Positions 26,178 to 38,518 of a DNA stretch of 64,000 nt are shown one piece after another. The notes below the pieces were generated by a model. The model did not search any database. It saw nothing but the letters and a program-made list of their open reading frames with translations, and had not been told where the DNA came from. A program made the translations under genes and the position numbers. Positions within the stretch are counted from its first letter, which is position 1. Each line of letters starts with the position of its first letter. The stretch comes from Sphyrna mokarran (taxonomy: Eukaryota), in assembly GCA_024679065.1 (NCBI GenBank), contig JAGIQG010000043.1, positions 1,612,001-1,676,000 of the forward strand. The letters are read 5' to 3'.

Positions 26178-27905
26178 ACAGCATGGATTTGCTAAGGGGA
26201 GGTCGTGCCTTACAAATCTGGTAGAATTTTTTGAGGAGGTGACGAAAACGTGGACGAAGGGCGAGCCTTTGATGTTGTTTATATGGATTTTAGTAAGACG
26301 TTTGACAAAGTCCCTCATGGGAGGTTTGTCGAGAAGGTCAAGGCAAATGGGATACAAGGACAGGTAGCTAGATGGATAAGCAACTGGCTTGGTAATAGGA
26401 GACAGACAGTAATAGTGGAAGGGTGTTTCTCTAGCTGGAGGTCGGTCACTAGTGGTGTGCCGCAGGGCTCAGTACTGGGACCTCTTCTATTTGTAATATA
26501 GAAAATGACTTGGAAGAGGGAGTAAGTGGAATGATCAGCAAGTTTGCAGACGATACAAAGATGGCTGGACTTGCGGATAGTGAGGAGCATTCTCAGGCGA
26601 TGCAGCAGGACATAGATAGGCTGGAAATTTGGGCAGATAGATGGCAGATGGAATACAATCCTGATAAATGTGAGGTGATTCATTTCTGAGAAAAAATGTA
26701 GGGGGGGAGGTATATGATAAAGGGTAGACCTATTAAGAGTATAGAAACGCAGAGGGACCTGGGGTTGCAGGTGAACAAGTCTCTGAAGGTGGCAGAGCAA
26801 GTGGAGAAGGTTGTGAAGATAGCATATAGTATGCTAGCCTTTATAGGAAGGGGTATAGAGTACAAGAGCTGGCCTTTAATGTTGCAGTTGTATAAAACGC
26901 TGGTTAGACCTCATTTGGAATACTGTGTCCAGTTCTGGTCGCCTTACTACCGGAAGGACGTGGAGACTCTGGAAAGAGTGCAGAGGAGGTTTACCAGGAT
27001 GCTGCCTGGTATGGAAGGTCTGAGTTACGAGGAGAGATTAGGCAAATTGGGACTATTTTCCTTAGAAAGACGTAGACTTAGAGGAGATCTGATAGAGGTG
27101 CACAAGATTTTGAAGGGGATAGATAGAGTAAACAGGGTTAAGCTTTTTCCTAGGATGGACTCAAATAGCACGAGGGGTCACGGGCTTAGGGTGAGGGGGG
27201 TAAGGTATAATTTGGATGCTAGAAGGAGTTTTTTCACACAGAGGGTGGTGGGGGTATGGAATGCGCTACCAAGTAAAGTGGTGGAGGCAGGTACTCTGGA
27301 GTTATTTAAGAAATACTTAGATGGGCACATGAACAGAATGGGAATGGAGGGGTATATAAAACTGATTTAAAATAGGGATCATGAGCCTTGGGAGTCCCTG
27401 GAAGTGTGTAAATAGATGATGATATTGATGTACTTGTTTTTATCCTACAGGTGCTTTGGTCCACCTTGTTGTCTAACGAGGAGCATACACGCGATGGGTC
27501 GTGAGAGGACTGCTCTTGGACCATCGTCGAGAGTATCCTATTGCTTCACATCGTTAGTGTATGCTTGACCTGGACCAGCTGTTGGGCAACACGACAGCGC
27601 AGTGACTATAGTTGTGCTGTGCAGATACATGGATTTGGGCCTGTGTCTGTGGGAGTTTGCACATTCTCCCCGTGCTTACGTGGGTTTTCTCCAGGAGCTC
27701 CGGTTTCCTCCCACATCCCAAAGATGTGCTGTTAGGCTAATTGGCAAAACAAATTCTCCCTAAATTGTCTCAAATTTGGTTTTTATTCCATAGATCTATA
27801 AACGTGAACAGGGCTCGCGTGTAGAAGTGGGACATCGAGGTGGCGACGCGGGCTCGTTGGGCCGAAGGGCCTGTTTCCCGTGCTGTTTTGTTCTTTGTTC
27901 TTTGT
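26178..27905 (+). mobile_element. 5'-truncated CR1 LINE with V-SINE-containing 3'UTR
   Basis: [14 protein letters not shown] through [14 protein letters not shown], with several frameshifts. Confidence 0.93.
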
Positions 27906-29444
27906 TGTTCCCCTTTCTTTGCAAAACGCAATACACGTCCGCGTGCAGAGAGGGGTGCCCGAATCTGACCCATGACGACAAAACATTTATTTAAATCAAT
28001 CTGCCAAAAAGAGTGGAGAGGGAAGGGAAATTCATATCGGCGAGAATATTGCACGGAATCTGTCACAGATAGAGGACTTTGTCAGGCCCTGGACATTGTG
28101 GGAACGTATGCCGCCATTGTTCCATGCAACTGTAAAAATGGCTGAATTCCAAAATCGGCTTTGAACCAGTTATGAATTTTGCATCGGACAGCGTACGGAT
28201 ATTTTGGGGAATAATTTATCGCCATTACCTACTTTTCGAAGTTGTTCCGTCTCCCTGTACAAATACACAAAAGAGTATCTCTTTCCAAGAGCCGCCAAGG
28301 GCATGATTAGTATCATTCTGAACTTCAACATTAAATCTCTATGAGATTTCTTTGGATTATTACACATATTCAGGATGCGCCAATGCATAATAGAATCGTG
28401 CAGTGTAGAGGGTGGGCATTCGGCCAGTCGAATCTGCCCTGCCTTTCTCATAAAACATCTTAAACATTCCGAAATCTATCACCCCTTTTATTTATCTGGA
28501 TAATGTCCATTCAGATATTGGCACACGAAGCGGCAATTTATCATGGCCAATCCACCCAACCTGCACATATATGGACTGTCGGAAGACATCACAGCATGCA
28601 GAGGAAACTACATTGACGTGGAGGAACGTGGAAACACAAACACGGCGGGATTCAAACTCAGTTTCCTGGGGCTTTGACGAACCAATGCGAACCATGGAGC
28701 CAGGTGCCGCCCTGCTCTTTGACAAAATAAGTAATGATCAAAAGAGTCACTGTTGTACAACATGCAAAACATTTTTACAAAGTTTAGATATTAGAAAAAT
28801 ACTAATTAATTAGTCTTGTTGAAACACTAAGTTTCTTTTTTAAGTGAATGAGGCTCGCCAGGTTTTTAATGAGGTCAAATCAGAAATCATTTTATAAATA
28901 TTTATGATATTTCCCACGCAACTAATCACAAAAGTCTGTGTTCCATGAATTAGAATATGGAACATAGAACTTTACGTCGCAGCACAGGCCATTCGGCCGT
29001 CTATTTTGCGCCAAGCAGTGGAACGAATCTAATGACCCTCTGAACTGAACTTTTCCTATGTTATCCATACGCCTATCCACCGACCATTTGAATGCCCTTA
29101 AAGTTGGCGAGTCCACAACTGCTGCAGGCAGGGCATTCCATGCCCTTACTACCCTCTGAGTATAGAATTAATTAGTTGTATCTTTCTCTTTCTCCTTCAC
29201 ACGTTTTCTTTTTTCCTGTCTCCTGCAAATACGCACAGATGGAGACAAAGACATACACGCAGCAGCACGAACAAGCAACGCTACAAAGACATTTTTTCTT
29301 ACACAGGAACAATATTCTATACATTAGGGAATTTTCACACATACACACATGCACACATGCCGAATTGTTTTTTTTCCTCTATCTCTCACACAAACTCTCA
29401 TGCGTGGTGTCCGCGTGGTTAGCACTCCTGTCTCATGTAAATGC

Positions 29445-31115
29445 AGATGTAGATGTAAATGTAGTTGTGGAGAACATTGAATACAGGGTTGCAAACTGGG
29501 AAGTATTGAAGTAGATAAGGAGGATGTGCTAGATATTCTTGAGGGTTTGCAGTTAGATAAGTCCCCTGGGCCGGACGGGATTTACCCTAGGATTCTCTGG
29601 GAGGCGAGAGAGGCGATTGCAGAGCCTCTGCCTCTGATCTTCAGGTCGTCATTGGTTACGGGTATAGTGCCGGAAGGCTGGAGAATAGCAAATGAGGTCC
29701 CATTGTTCAAGAAGGGGAAGAGAGACTTTCTGGGGAATTATAGGCCGGTGAGTCTTACTTCTGTTGTGGGCAAAGTATTGGAGAGAATTATTAGGGATAG
29801 GATTTATAGTTATTTAGAGAGAAATGAATTGATTGGGGATAGTCAGCATGGTTTTGTGAAGGGTAGGTCGTGCCTTACTAACCTTATTGAGTTTTTTGAA
29901 AAAGTGACCAAAGAGGTGGATGGGGGTAAGGCGGTTGATGTGGTATATATGGACTTTAGTAAGGCGTTCGATAAGGTGGCCCATGGAAGGCTTCTGCAGA
30001 AAATGCAGATGTATGGGATAGAGGGTGATTTAGCTAATTGAATTAGGAATTGGCTAGCAGATAGAAGACAGAGGGTGGTGGTTGATGGGAGATATTCATC
30101 GTGGAGTTCGGTTACAAGTGGTGTACCTCAGGGGTCTGTTTTGGGGCCCCTGCTGTTTGTAATTTTTATAAATGATCTGGATGAGGGTATTGAAGGATGG
30201 ATTAGTAAATTTGCGGATGACACCAAAGTCGGACGAGTGGTAGATAGTGAAGAGGGGTGTTATAGTTTGCAGAGAGACTTGGACAAGTTGCAGAGCTGGG
30301 CCGAGAGGTGGCAAATGGAGTTTAATGCGGAAAAGTGTGAGGTAATTCACTTTGGCAGGAATAACAAATGTGTAGAGTATAGGGCTAATGGTAGGACTCT
30401 TAATAGTGTTGATGAACAGAGGGATCTTGGTGTATATGTGCATAGATCCCTGAAAGTTGGCAATCAAGTCGATAAGGTTGTTAAGAAGGCATACGGAGTC
30501 TTAGCTTTTATTGGTAGGGGGATTAAATTTCGGAGCCGCAACGTCATGTTGCAACTGTACAAAACTCTAGTGCGGCCGCACTTGGAGTATTGTGTGCAGT
30601 TCTGGTCCCCGCATTATAAGAAAGATGTGGAGGCATTGGAGAGGGTACAGAGGAGGTTTACCAGGATGTTGCCTGGTATGGAGGGCAGGTCTTATGAGGA
30701 GAGGCTGAGGGATTTGAGGTTGTTTTCGTTAGAAAGAAGGCGGCTAAGAGGAGACCTTATTGAAACATATAAGATGATTAGAGGTTTAGATAGGGTGGAC
30801 AGTGATAGCCTTTTTCCTAGGATGGAGAAAGCTAGCACGAGGGGACATAGCTTTAAATTAAGGGGTGGTAGTTATAGGACGGATGTCAGAGGTAGTTTCT
30901 TTACCCAGAGGGTGGTAAGGGTATGGAATGCCCTGCCTGTGTCAGTTGTAGATGCGCCAAGTTTGGTGGCGTTTAAGAGGTTAGTAGATAAATTTATGGA
31001 CGAAAAGGGAATGGTTTAGGTTAGAGGGTCATTGCTTTTTCCTAATTGGTCGGCGCAACGTCGAAGGCCGAAGGGCCTGTTCTGCGCTGTAATGTTCTAT
31101 GTTCTATGTTCTATG
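29445..31115 (+). mobile_element. 5'-truncated CR1/HER1 LINE, young subfamily
   Basis: [23 protein letters not shown] motifs; ORFs of 171 and 314 aa separated by one stop; (GTTCTAT)n tail. Confidence 0.95.
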
Positions 31116-31434
31116 ATCTGTGTCTCAAAGCTTTAGGGACCCTAGTTCGTTTCTTGGCACGGGTCAGTGTCTGTGTGAAGTCTGCACATTTCTCTTCTGT
31201 GTGAGTTTCCTGCACCAAGTGTCCTCCCACAGTCCATGCTAAGTAATCCCTCAACGTTAATGCAAGCCTACTTGTAGCACGGATAAGTAAAATCCATGTC
31301 ACGTTCTTCCAATGATTGATCAATTTTCACTGCCTTCTTAGGCATCAATTCACACCTCGGTCATAGCGGCCATTAAGATTTTATCTTACTCTCTCTGTGA
31401 GAGTACGGAGTGGATCAGGGTCAATCTTTCTTCG

Positions 31435-32765
31435 GAACAAAGAACAAAGAACAGAACAGCACGGGAAACAGGCCTCGGATCAACAACGCCGCGCCGCCAC
31501 CCCGATATTCCCACTTCGACTCATGATTCCTGCCTATATTTATAGGTTTATGCATTGGAACCAAATTTAAGACAATTTAGGGAGAATTTGTTTTGTCAAT
31601 TAGCCTAAGAGCACATCTTTGCGATGTGGGAGGAAACCGGAGCACCCGGAGAAAACCTATGCAAGCACCGTGAGAATGTCCAAACTCCCACAGACACAGG
31701 CTCAATTCCATGTATCTGCGCAGCACAGCGATAGTCACTGAGCTGTCGTGTTGCCCATCAAATGGTCCAGGTCAAGCGTACACTAACGACATGAAGCACT
31801 CGGCTCCACTCGAAAAATCCAAGAGCAGCCCTCTCACGACCCATCGCGTGTATGCCCCTTGTTAGACAATAAGGCGGACCAAAGTACCAAAGTACCTGTA
31901 GGATAAAACAACTACATCAATATCATCGACAATTTACAGACTTCTCAGGGATCTCCCGAGGCTCATGATCCCTATTTTAAATCAGTTTTCTATATCCCAT
32001 TCCCATTCTGTTCATGTGTCCATCTAAGTATCTCTTAGGTACTTAGATACTCTGGTGCCTGCCTCCACCACTTTACTTGGCAGTGCATTCCATACCCGCT
32101 GTATGAAAAACTCCCTCTAGCATCCATGTTATACCTTACCCCTCTCACCCTAAGCCCGTGACACCTCGTGCTATTGGAGTCCATCCTACGAAAAAGCTAA
32201 ACCCTGTTTACTTTATCTATACCCCTCATAATCTTGTACACCTCTATTACATTTCCTCTAAGTCTAAGTCTTTCTAAGGAAAACGACCCCAATTTGCCTA
32301 ACCTCTCATCGTAACTCAGACCTTCCAAACCAGGCAGCATCCTGGTAAACTTCCTCTGCACTCTCTCCAGAGTCTCCACGTCCTTCCAGTAGTATGGCGA
32401 CCAGAACTGGACGCAGTGTTCCAAATGAGGTCTACCCAACGTTTTATACAACTGCAACATTAAAGGCCAGTTCTTGTACTCTATGCCCCTTCATATAAAC
32501 ATAGATCTATAAACATAGACAGGGATCACGGGTAGATTTGGGAACATCGGGGTGGCGGCGCGGGCTCGTTCTGCCGAAGGGCCTGTTTCCCGTGCGGTTT
32601 TGTTCTTTGTTTTCTGTTCTGTAAAGGCTAGCATACCATATGCTTTCTTCACAACATTCTCCAGCTGCTCTGCCACTTTCAGAGTCTTGTGCATCTGCAC
32701 CCTCAGGTCCCTCTGCGTTTCTATACTCTTAATAGGTCTACCCTTTATCATTTACCTCCCCCCTA
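31435..32765 (-). mobile_element. CR1 with V-SINE 3'UTR, with a nested opposite-strand tail fragment (32490-32620)
   Basis: ORFs 32197-32460 and 32491-32751; reverse-complement match to 26700-27905. Confidence 0.88.
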
Positions 32766-33349
32766 CATTCTGTCATACACTTAGGATCTCGAGGAGAACA
32801 GTTGGACATTAATGCTGTCTGTTTTTTTCCAAGAAACGGGAAGTGTAGGCGGAGTCAATAGATGGGAAACTAATTTACCTGAGAGACTGCGCTATGTTCA
32901 CAACTCTTTATAGATTCTAGTAGTCAGTGAGACCAAGGGCCATACCAAACTGCGATACATCCAGAAAGAATGGTTTCTATGGGCTGTTACGTAAAACATG
33001 CTCAGAGTCGTAGTGGACATGCAGAATTGTCGTAGCTTCCTAAAATTAGAAGCGCTGGGGTGTTGTCTTAAACATGGTGTTGGTGTGGAGTGTCCAGGAT
33101 AGGTTGTTGGTGTACCTGGAGGCCAATAATCCGCACAAACTCGACCATTTCCTTTTCGTCAGACAAATGTATGCCCTTCAATTGATTCTTGAAATCGATG
33201 ACATTCAACCATTGGTTACTGCAAGTAAATAAATCCTGAGGTTGGAATGTTAATCGCATGACGGATTACTCAAAAACGACATTGGCAATTGTTGTAAGAT
33301 CTGCACCATGGGAATCTACCTGTTTTGAGATGGTCTCAAACACATTGAG

Positions 33350-34010
33350 ACTAGAAGTAAGGGATCTGTGGTGTATAGGGCACTTAAAGTGGCAATGCAG
33401 TTGGAGAAGGTAGTCAAAAAGGCTTGCAGCATTCTTGTCTTCATTGCCCTGGGAACTGAGTTTAATATCGGCAAGTCATATTACAGCTTGGAGTATAATG
33501 TTCAATACTGGAAGGATATGGTGGCTTATAATATCCACATATTAGGAAAATATGTACCAGGATGCTGCCTGGTATGGAGGGCATTAGTTATGAGGAGAGA
33601 TTGGAGAAACTCGGTTTGTTCTCACTGGAATGATGGAAGCTGAGGGGCGACCTGATATAATCAACAAGATTATGTGACAGAGTGGATAGTCAGAAGCTCT
33701 TTTTCGCAGAGTAGAAGTGCCAATTAAGATGGGGCACTAGTTTAAGTTGTAAGGCTAAGGTTTAAAAGAGTTGTACGAGATAGAGGTTTTACACAGAGGG
33801 TGGAAGGTACCTGGATTTCATTGCTGGGGAAACTAATGGAAGCGGATGTGATATCGACTTTTAAGGGGCATTTAGAGAAATATATGAATAGGACAGAAAT
33901 AGAGAGGATAATGTTCCCGGAAAGATAAGGGGTGTTAGTTAATTCGGCCTTCATGGTCAGTGCAGGCTTGGAGGGCCGAAGGGCCAGTTCCTGTGCTGTA
34001 ATTTTCTTTG
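33350..34010 (+). mobile_element. Degenerate CR1 3' fragment
   Basis: LKVAMQLEKVVKKA motif; GGGCCGAAGGGCC tail. Confidence 0.7.
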
Positions 34011-35899
34011 TTCATGGTCATTTATGAAATATTTTTTCTTGCTCGCCTTTCACGGTGGCATCCATTCACACAAATATCTGAAACAAGAAACTGCACTGAA
34101 TATTTTAAAGTAATGGCTAGGAACTGTGGACAGTATAGTGACTCAGGGGCTAACACTGCTGCCAGAGAACACAAACGGTCCGTGTTCAATTTTGGCCTTG
34201 GGTGAATGTGTGTACAGAGTCTGCATATCCTCACCCTGTCCAGGCAGGTTTCCTCCAGGCGCCTCATTTTTCCCCAAGACTCTAACTCTTGTCGGTTAGG
34301 CGCATTGCTCATACTAAATTCTTCCTCAGTGTCACAAAAAGGTACCAGAGTGCGACGGCTAGGGAATTTCCAAAGTAACTTACTTGCAGTGTTAAGTTAA
34401 GATTATTGTGACACCATAAGAAAATCAACTTGAATAACATCTCCCCACCAGTCTTTATGCGGAATCTAATATCCAATCAGGTTAAAGAATTGAAACTCGA
34501 TGAGCTGGAAAAACGTCAACATGCAACAGCAGAAGAGAACATCATAATGCATATCACGAGATCTTCAGGAGAATGGTCAGAAATGAAAGCTTCGAGACAG
34601 CGAGTTTTTTTTTCATGTTATCTATTGGTGTTACACGTCGTCTTACATTAACACTTCAATGAAGGTAATGTGAAAATTGCCTTGTCGCCACACTCCGGCA
34701 CCTGTTCGGGTGTCGTGAGGGAGGATTTGGAAGTGTCGATCCATCTAATCTGCACACCTTTGGACTCCTGGTGGGAACCCACGCAGACACTGGGAGAACA
34801 TGCAAACTCCACACGACAGTGACCCAAGCGAAGAATCAAATCCAGCCACTTGGCACTGTGAGAAAGCAATGCTCTAGGATTGTGTGATTCATATTAGAAA
34901 CCGAAGCACAGCTTAATTGAATGTTTTGTGAAATCAAGAGTCGGAGTGATCATCTTTGAACGTATATGCGGAGCTTTAAAGTTTTTTTTATTGTTGTCAA
35001 AGTTGGTTTATATTCACACTGCAGTGAAGTTACTGTGAAAGTCAGATAGTCAGCGCACTCCTGTGACTGTTAGGAGCACTGAGGGAAAGTTTAGCATGGC
35101 CACTTCACCTAACCAGCACGTCTTTTGCACTGTAGGAGTGAACCTGAGCACCCAGAACAACAACACGTAGACACGTGCAAACTCCACACAGACAGTGACC
35201 CAAGCTGGAAATCAAAACCAGGTCCCTGGTACTGTGAGGAAAAAATGCAAACCATGGCAGTACACTCAGTGTCGAGTGTGACCATGTTGGCAATTTGATA
35301 TCGTGGTACCTCCATGATTCCTCTGCTTCCTCCATCTATTTCCAGCAGGTATCAATCTTGTTAAATTATTACCATGTCGTGTGTGCGTGTGTATCTGTGT
35401 GTGTCTGTGTGTGTCTGTGTGTGAACAGAGGAACACAACATCAGAATATAAGAAATAGGAACAGGAGTAGGCCATCTAGCTCCTCGACCCAGCCGTGCCA
35501 TTAAATAAGATCATGGCTGATCTGAAGTGGATCAATTCCACTTATCCACTTGCTCCCCATAACCCTTAATTCCCTTATCGATCAGAAATCTATCTACCCG
35601 TGACTTAAACATATTCAAAGGGTAGTCTCGACTGCTTCAATGGGCAGAGAATTCCAGAGATTCACTAATCTCTGAGAGAACAAGTTCCTTTTCAACTCTG
35701 TTCTACATTGACCACCCCCCCCCCACTCCCCGCAAAAAAAACTCATTTTGAGGCTGGGCCAATTAATTATGATTTCCTTTCTAAGTGGAAAAAAATCTCT
35801 CTATCTCTACCCTATCTAGCTGCTTCATTATCTTATATGTCTCAATAAGATCACCCCTCAGCCTTCTAAGCTCCAACAAGTTCTGGTTTCCTTCCTTGT

Positions 35900-35902
<3 letters not shown>

Positions 35903-35938
<36 letters not shown>
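35903..35938 (+). repeat. (GT)n microsatellite
   Basis: Pure GT run. Confidence 0.95.
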
Positions 35939-35939
<1 letters not shown>

Positions 35940-36573
35940 ATTAGGTCCCCAAAATTAATGAGCTACATTAATCTGAATGTGAGGTGCCTAATGGGAGGTA
36001 TTGCTGACAAAATGGGCTCAAAGAACAAACGAATTCTTAGAAATCTTGTCTGCACCAACTATAGGTCACAATTGAGCTGAGAGTGTGGAGTCTTAACAAG
36101 TGTCTATTTTGCAGCAACGTTTGATCTTGAAGAAGGGGATCAGAGGAATCAGCAACAGAGAGCGGACCTCGGCTGCAAAGACGTGCATTGCCTGTGAGTG
36201 TGGCTGCATGATGTGAGTGACAAAACACCTTTATCCACAGCCCATTCGGTCTCTGCAAAAGAGGGACGTTGATGGCTGGTTAAGATTCTGACCACTTCAC
36301 CACTTCATGCTTCAGATGGAAAATGATTTATAACCAAAAGCAAGCAGTGGTTTTCCTGTTTTAAGAGTATAGGCTCTTCATGTACAAAGTTGCCTGCAGT
36401 GGTCAAGTTTAGTACAAATTGCAGATTGAGGAGTGTCTGCAACCTGGGGTGGATTTCCTTCGTAACAATTCTCATAGCCCAGATTATGTAGAATGCATTC
36501 ATAGAAATTCTACAGCACAGAAAGAGACCTTTCGGCCCATCTAGTCTGCACCGACTACAATCGCACCCAGGCC

Positions 36574-37958
36574 CTACCCCCATATATTTTTTCCCGCTAA
36601 TCCCTCTAATCTAAGCATTGCAGGACACTAAGGGACAATTTTAGCATGGCCAATTAACCAAATCCGCACATCTTTGGACCCGGAGGAAACCGGAGCACCC
36701 GGAGGAAACCCACACAGGCACGAGGAGAATGTGCAAACTCCACGCAGATTAAAATCCAACAAGTTTAATTGATAGCAAACACACAAGCTTTCGGAACGCT
36801 GACAAAAGTCGCAGGAAAGATAAAGCAGACTGATACTCGTTTTACTCAAGAACACAAGGCTGTGAGATGACAGAATAAACGTGCGAAAAATTGGATTAGA
36901 GGCAGCATCTTTGTGCTGATTTTCGATTCACGGGGAGTCGATGGCCTTGCGTTAGAATATTAATCCAGAAACTCAGCCAATGCTCTGGGCAAATTCCTTC
37001 ACCTGATCACTGGTTCACGTTTTCTGATTAGAAAAGTCTCTTTTTTGGTATATGTAATTGATATTGCTTAAAATTCCCTTCCGTCTTTTACTCACAGTGA
37101 AGCCATAGTACTTGGAAAACGAGTATCACAGACAAGGAACCTTTCACCATCCTGATAGACATTTCCTTGTGTCTGACATTTCCTTCTGCAGGTACAATGG
37201 CTGCAGACTGAGTTGGTATGAATCGTATTGAGTTGAGCTGGTTTGAAATTCGGTGGAAACTATGACAAACTTTGCTGTGGAAATTATGACACTGTTGTGG
37301 TGAAGTGTTTGGTTCAATACAATAGTCATATGACATACCTCATTGTACGTATGACCCAACTTGAATTATACATATCAATAGCTTTTTCTGGAAAAGAAAA
37401 ATAGGTCACAATACGACGCTACCCGAAGACAGTTGAGAACCAACCACATTGCTCTGGCTCTGAGGTCACATGTAGGCAATAGCCGTTAAAGACGGCAGAT
37501 TTCCTTCCCTAAAGGGCATCAGTGAACCTACCCCTATCCCCATATATTTTTTCCCGCTAATCCCTCTAACCTAAGCATCGCAGGACACTAAGGGACAATT
37601 TTAGCATGGCCAATTAACCAAATCCGCACATCTTTGGACCCGGAGGAAACCGGAGCACCCGGAGGAAACCCACGCAGGCACGAGGAGAATGTGCATAATC
37701 CATGCAGATTAAAATCCAACAAGTTTAATTGATAGCAAACACACACGCTTTCGGAACGCTGACAAAAGTCGCAGGAAAGATAAAGCAGACTGAGACTCGT
37801 TTTACTCAAGCACACAAGGCTGAGAGATGACAGAATAAATGTGTGAAAAATTGGATCAGAGGCAGCATCTTTGTGCTGATTTCCGATTTACGGAGAGTCG
37901 ATGGTCTTGCATTACTATCGTTAGAATATTAATCCAGAAACTCAGCCAATGCTCTGGG
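36574..37958 (+). repeat. Direct duplication 36574-36989 / 37527-37958 flanking the inverted arm
   Basis: Near-identical ~420-bp units (HE1 SINE piece, Penelope remnant, SINE head). Mirrored by near-identical ORFs 36628-36855 and 37588-37815. Confidence 0.92.
37096..37150 (-). CDS. Inverted duplicate of the gene B signal-peptide exon; candidate leader for gene A
   Basis: Encodes identical [18 protein letters not shown] with intact T|GTGAGT donor. Phase 1 matches the gene A V exon acceptor at 18931. Confidence 0.6.
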
Positions 37959-38219
37959 GAACATGGTTTTGAATCTCGCCACGGCAGATGAACAGATTTG
38001 AATTAAATAAAAAAATGATCTGGAAATAAGAACCTACTGATGATCGTGAAGCTTTTTCCCGATTATCGAGGAAGAGCCCATCTGGTTCTCTGATATCCTT
38101 TAGGGAAGGAAACCTGCCATCTTTACCAGCTATTATCTACATGTGACCTCAGAGCCAGAGCAATGTGGTTGGTTCTCAACTGTCTTCGGGTAGCGTCGTA
38201 TTGTGACCTATTTTTTTTT

Positions 38220-38463
38220 TCTCCAGAAAAAGCTATTGATATGTATAATTCAAGTTGGGTCACACAAACAGTGAGGTATGTCATATGACTATTGTATTCA
38301 ACCAAACACTTCACCACAACAGTGTCATAATTTCCACAGCAGAGTTTGTCATAGTTTCCACCGAATTTCAAACTAGCTCAACTCAATACGATTCATACCA
38401 AATCAGTCTGCAGCCATTGTACCTGCAGAAGGGAGTGTCAGTCAGAAGGAAATGTCTATCAGG
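38220..38463 (+). promoter_or_regulatory. Putative gene B promoter core with NFAT-like (TTTCCA x2), RUNX (ACCACA) and Ets-like (AGGAAA) motifs
   Basis: Lies immediately upstream of the leader ATG. Present in the inverted copy (~37150-37390) and in a diverged copy at ~1667-1830. Confidence 0.5.
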
Positions 38464-38518
38464 ATGGTGAAAGGTTCCTTGTCTGTGATACTCGTTTTTC
38501 AAGTACTATGGCTTCACT
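38464..38518 (+). CDS. Gene B exon 1: signal peptide ([18 protein letters not shown])
   Basis: ATG in AGGATGG context (alternative in-frame ATG at 38452 adds MSIR). Hydrophobic core. Phase-1 donor T|GTGAGT joins the V exon as ...[14 protein letters not shown]. Confidence 0.85.

Noticed and set aside
36984-37528. Inverted arm as a pure assembly artefact
   Set aside because: The arms differ by many substitutions and an indel near the donor, more than expected from duplicated reads, although read-level confirmation is still needed.
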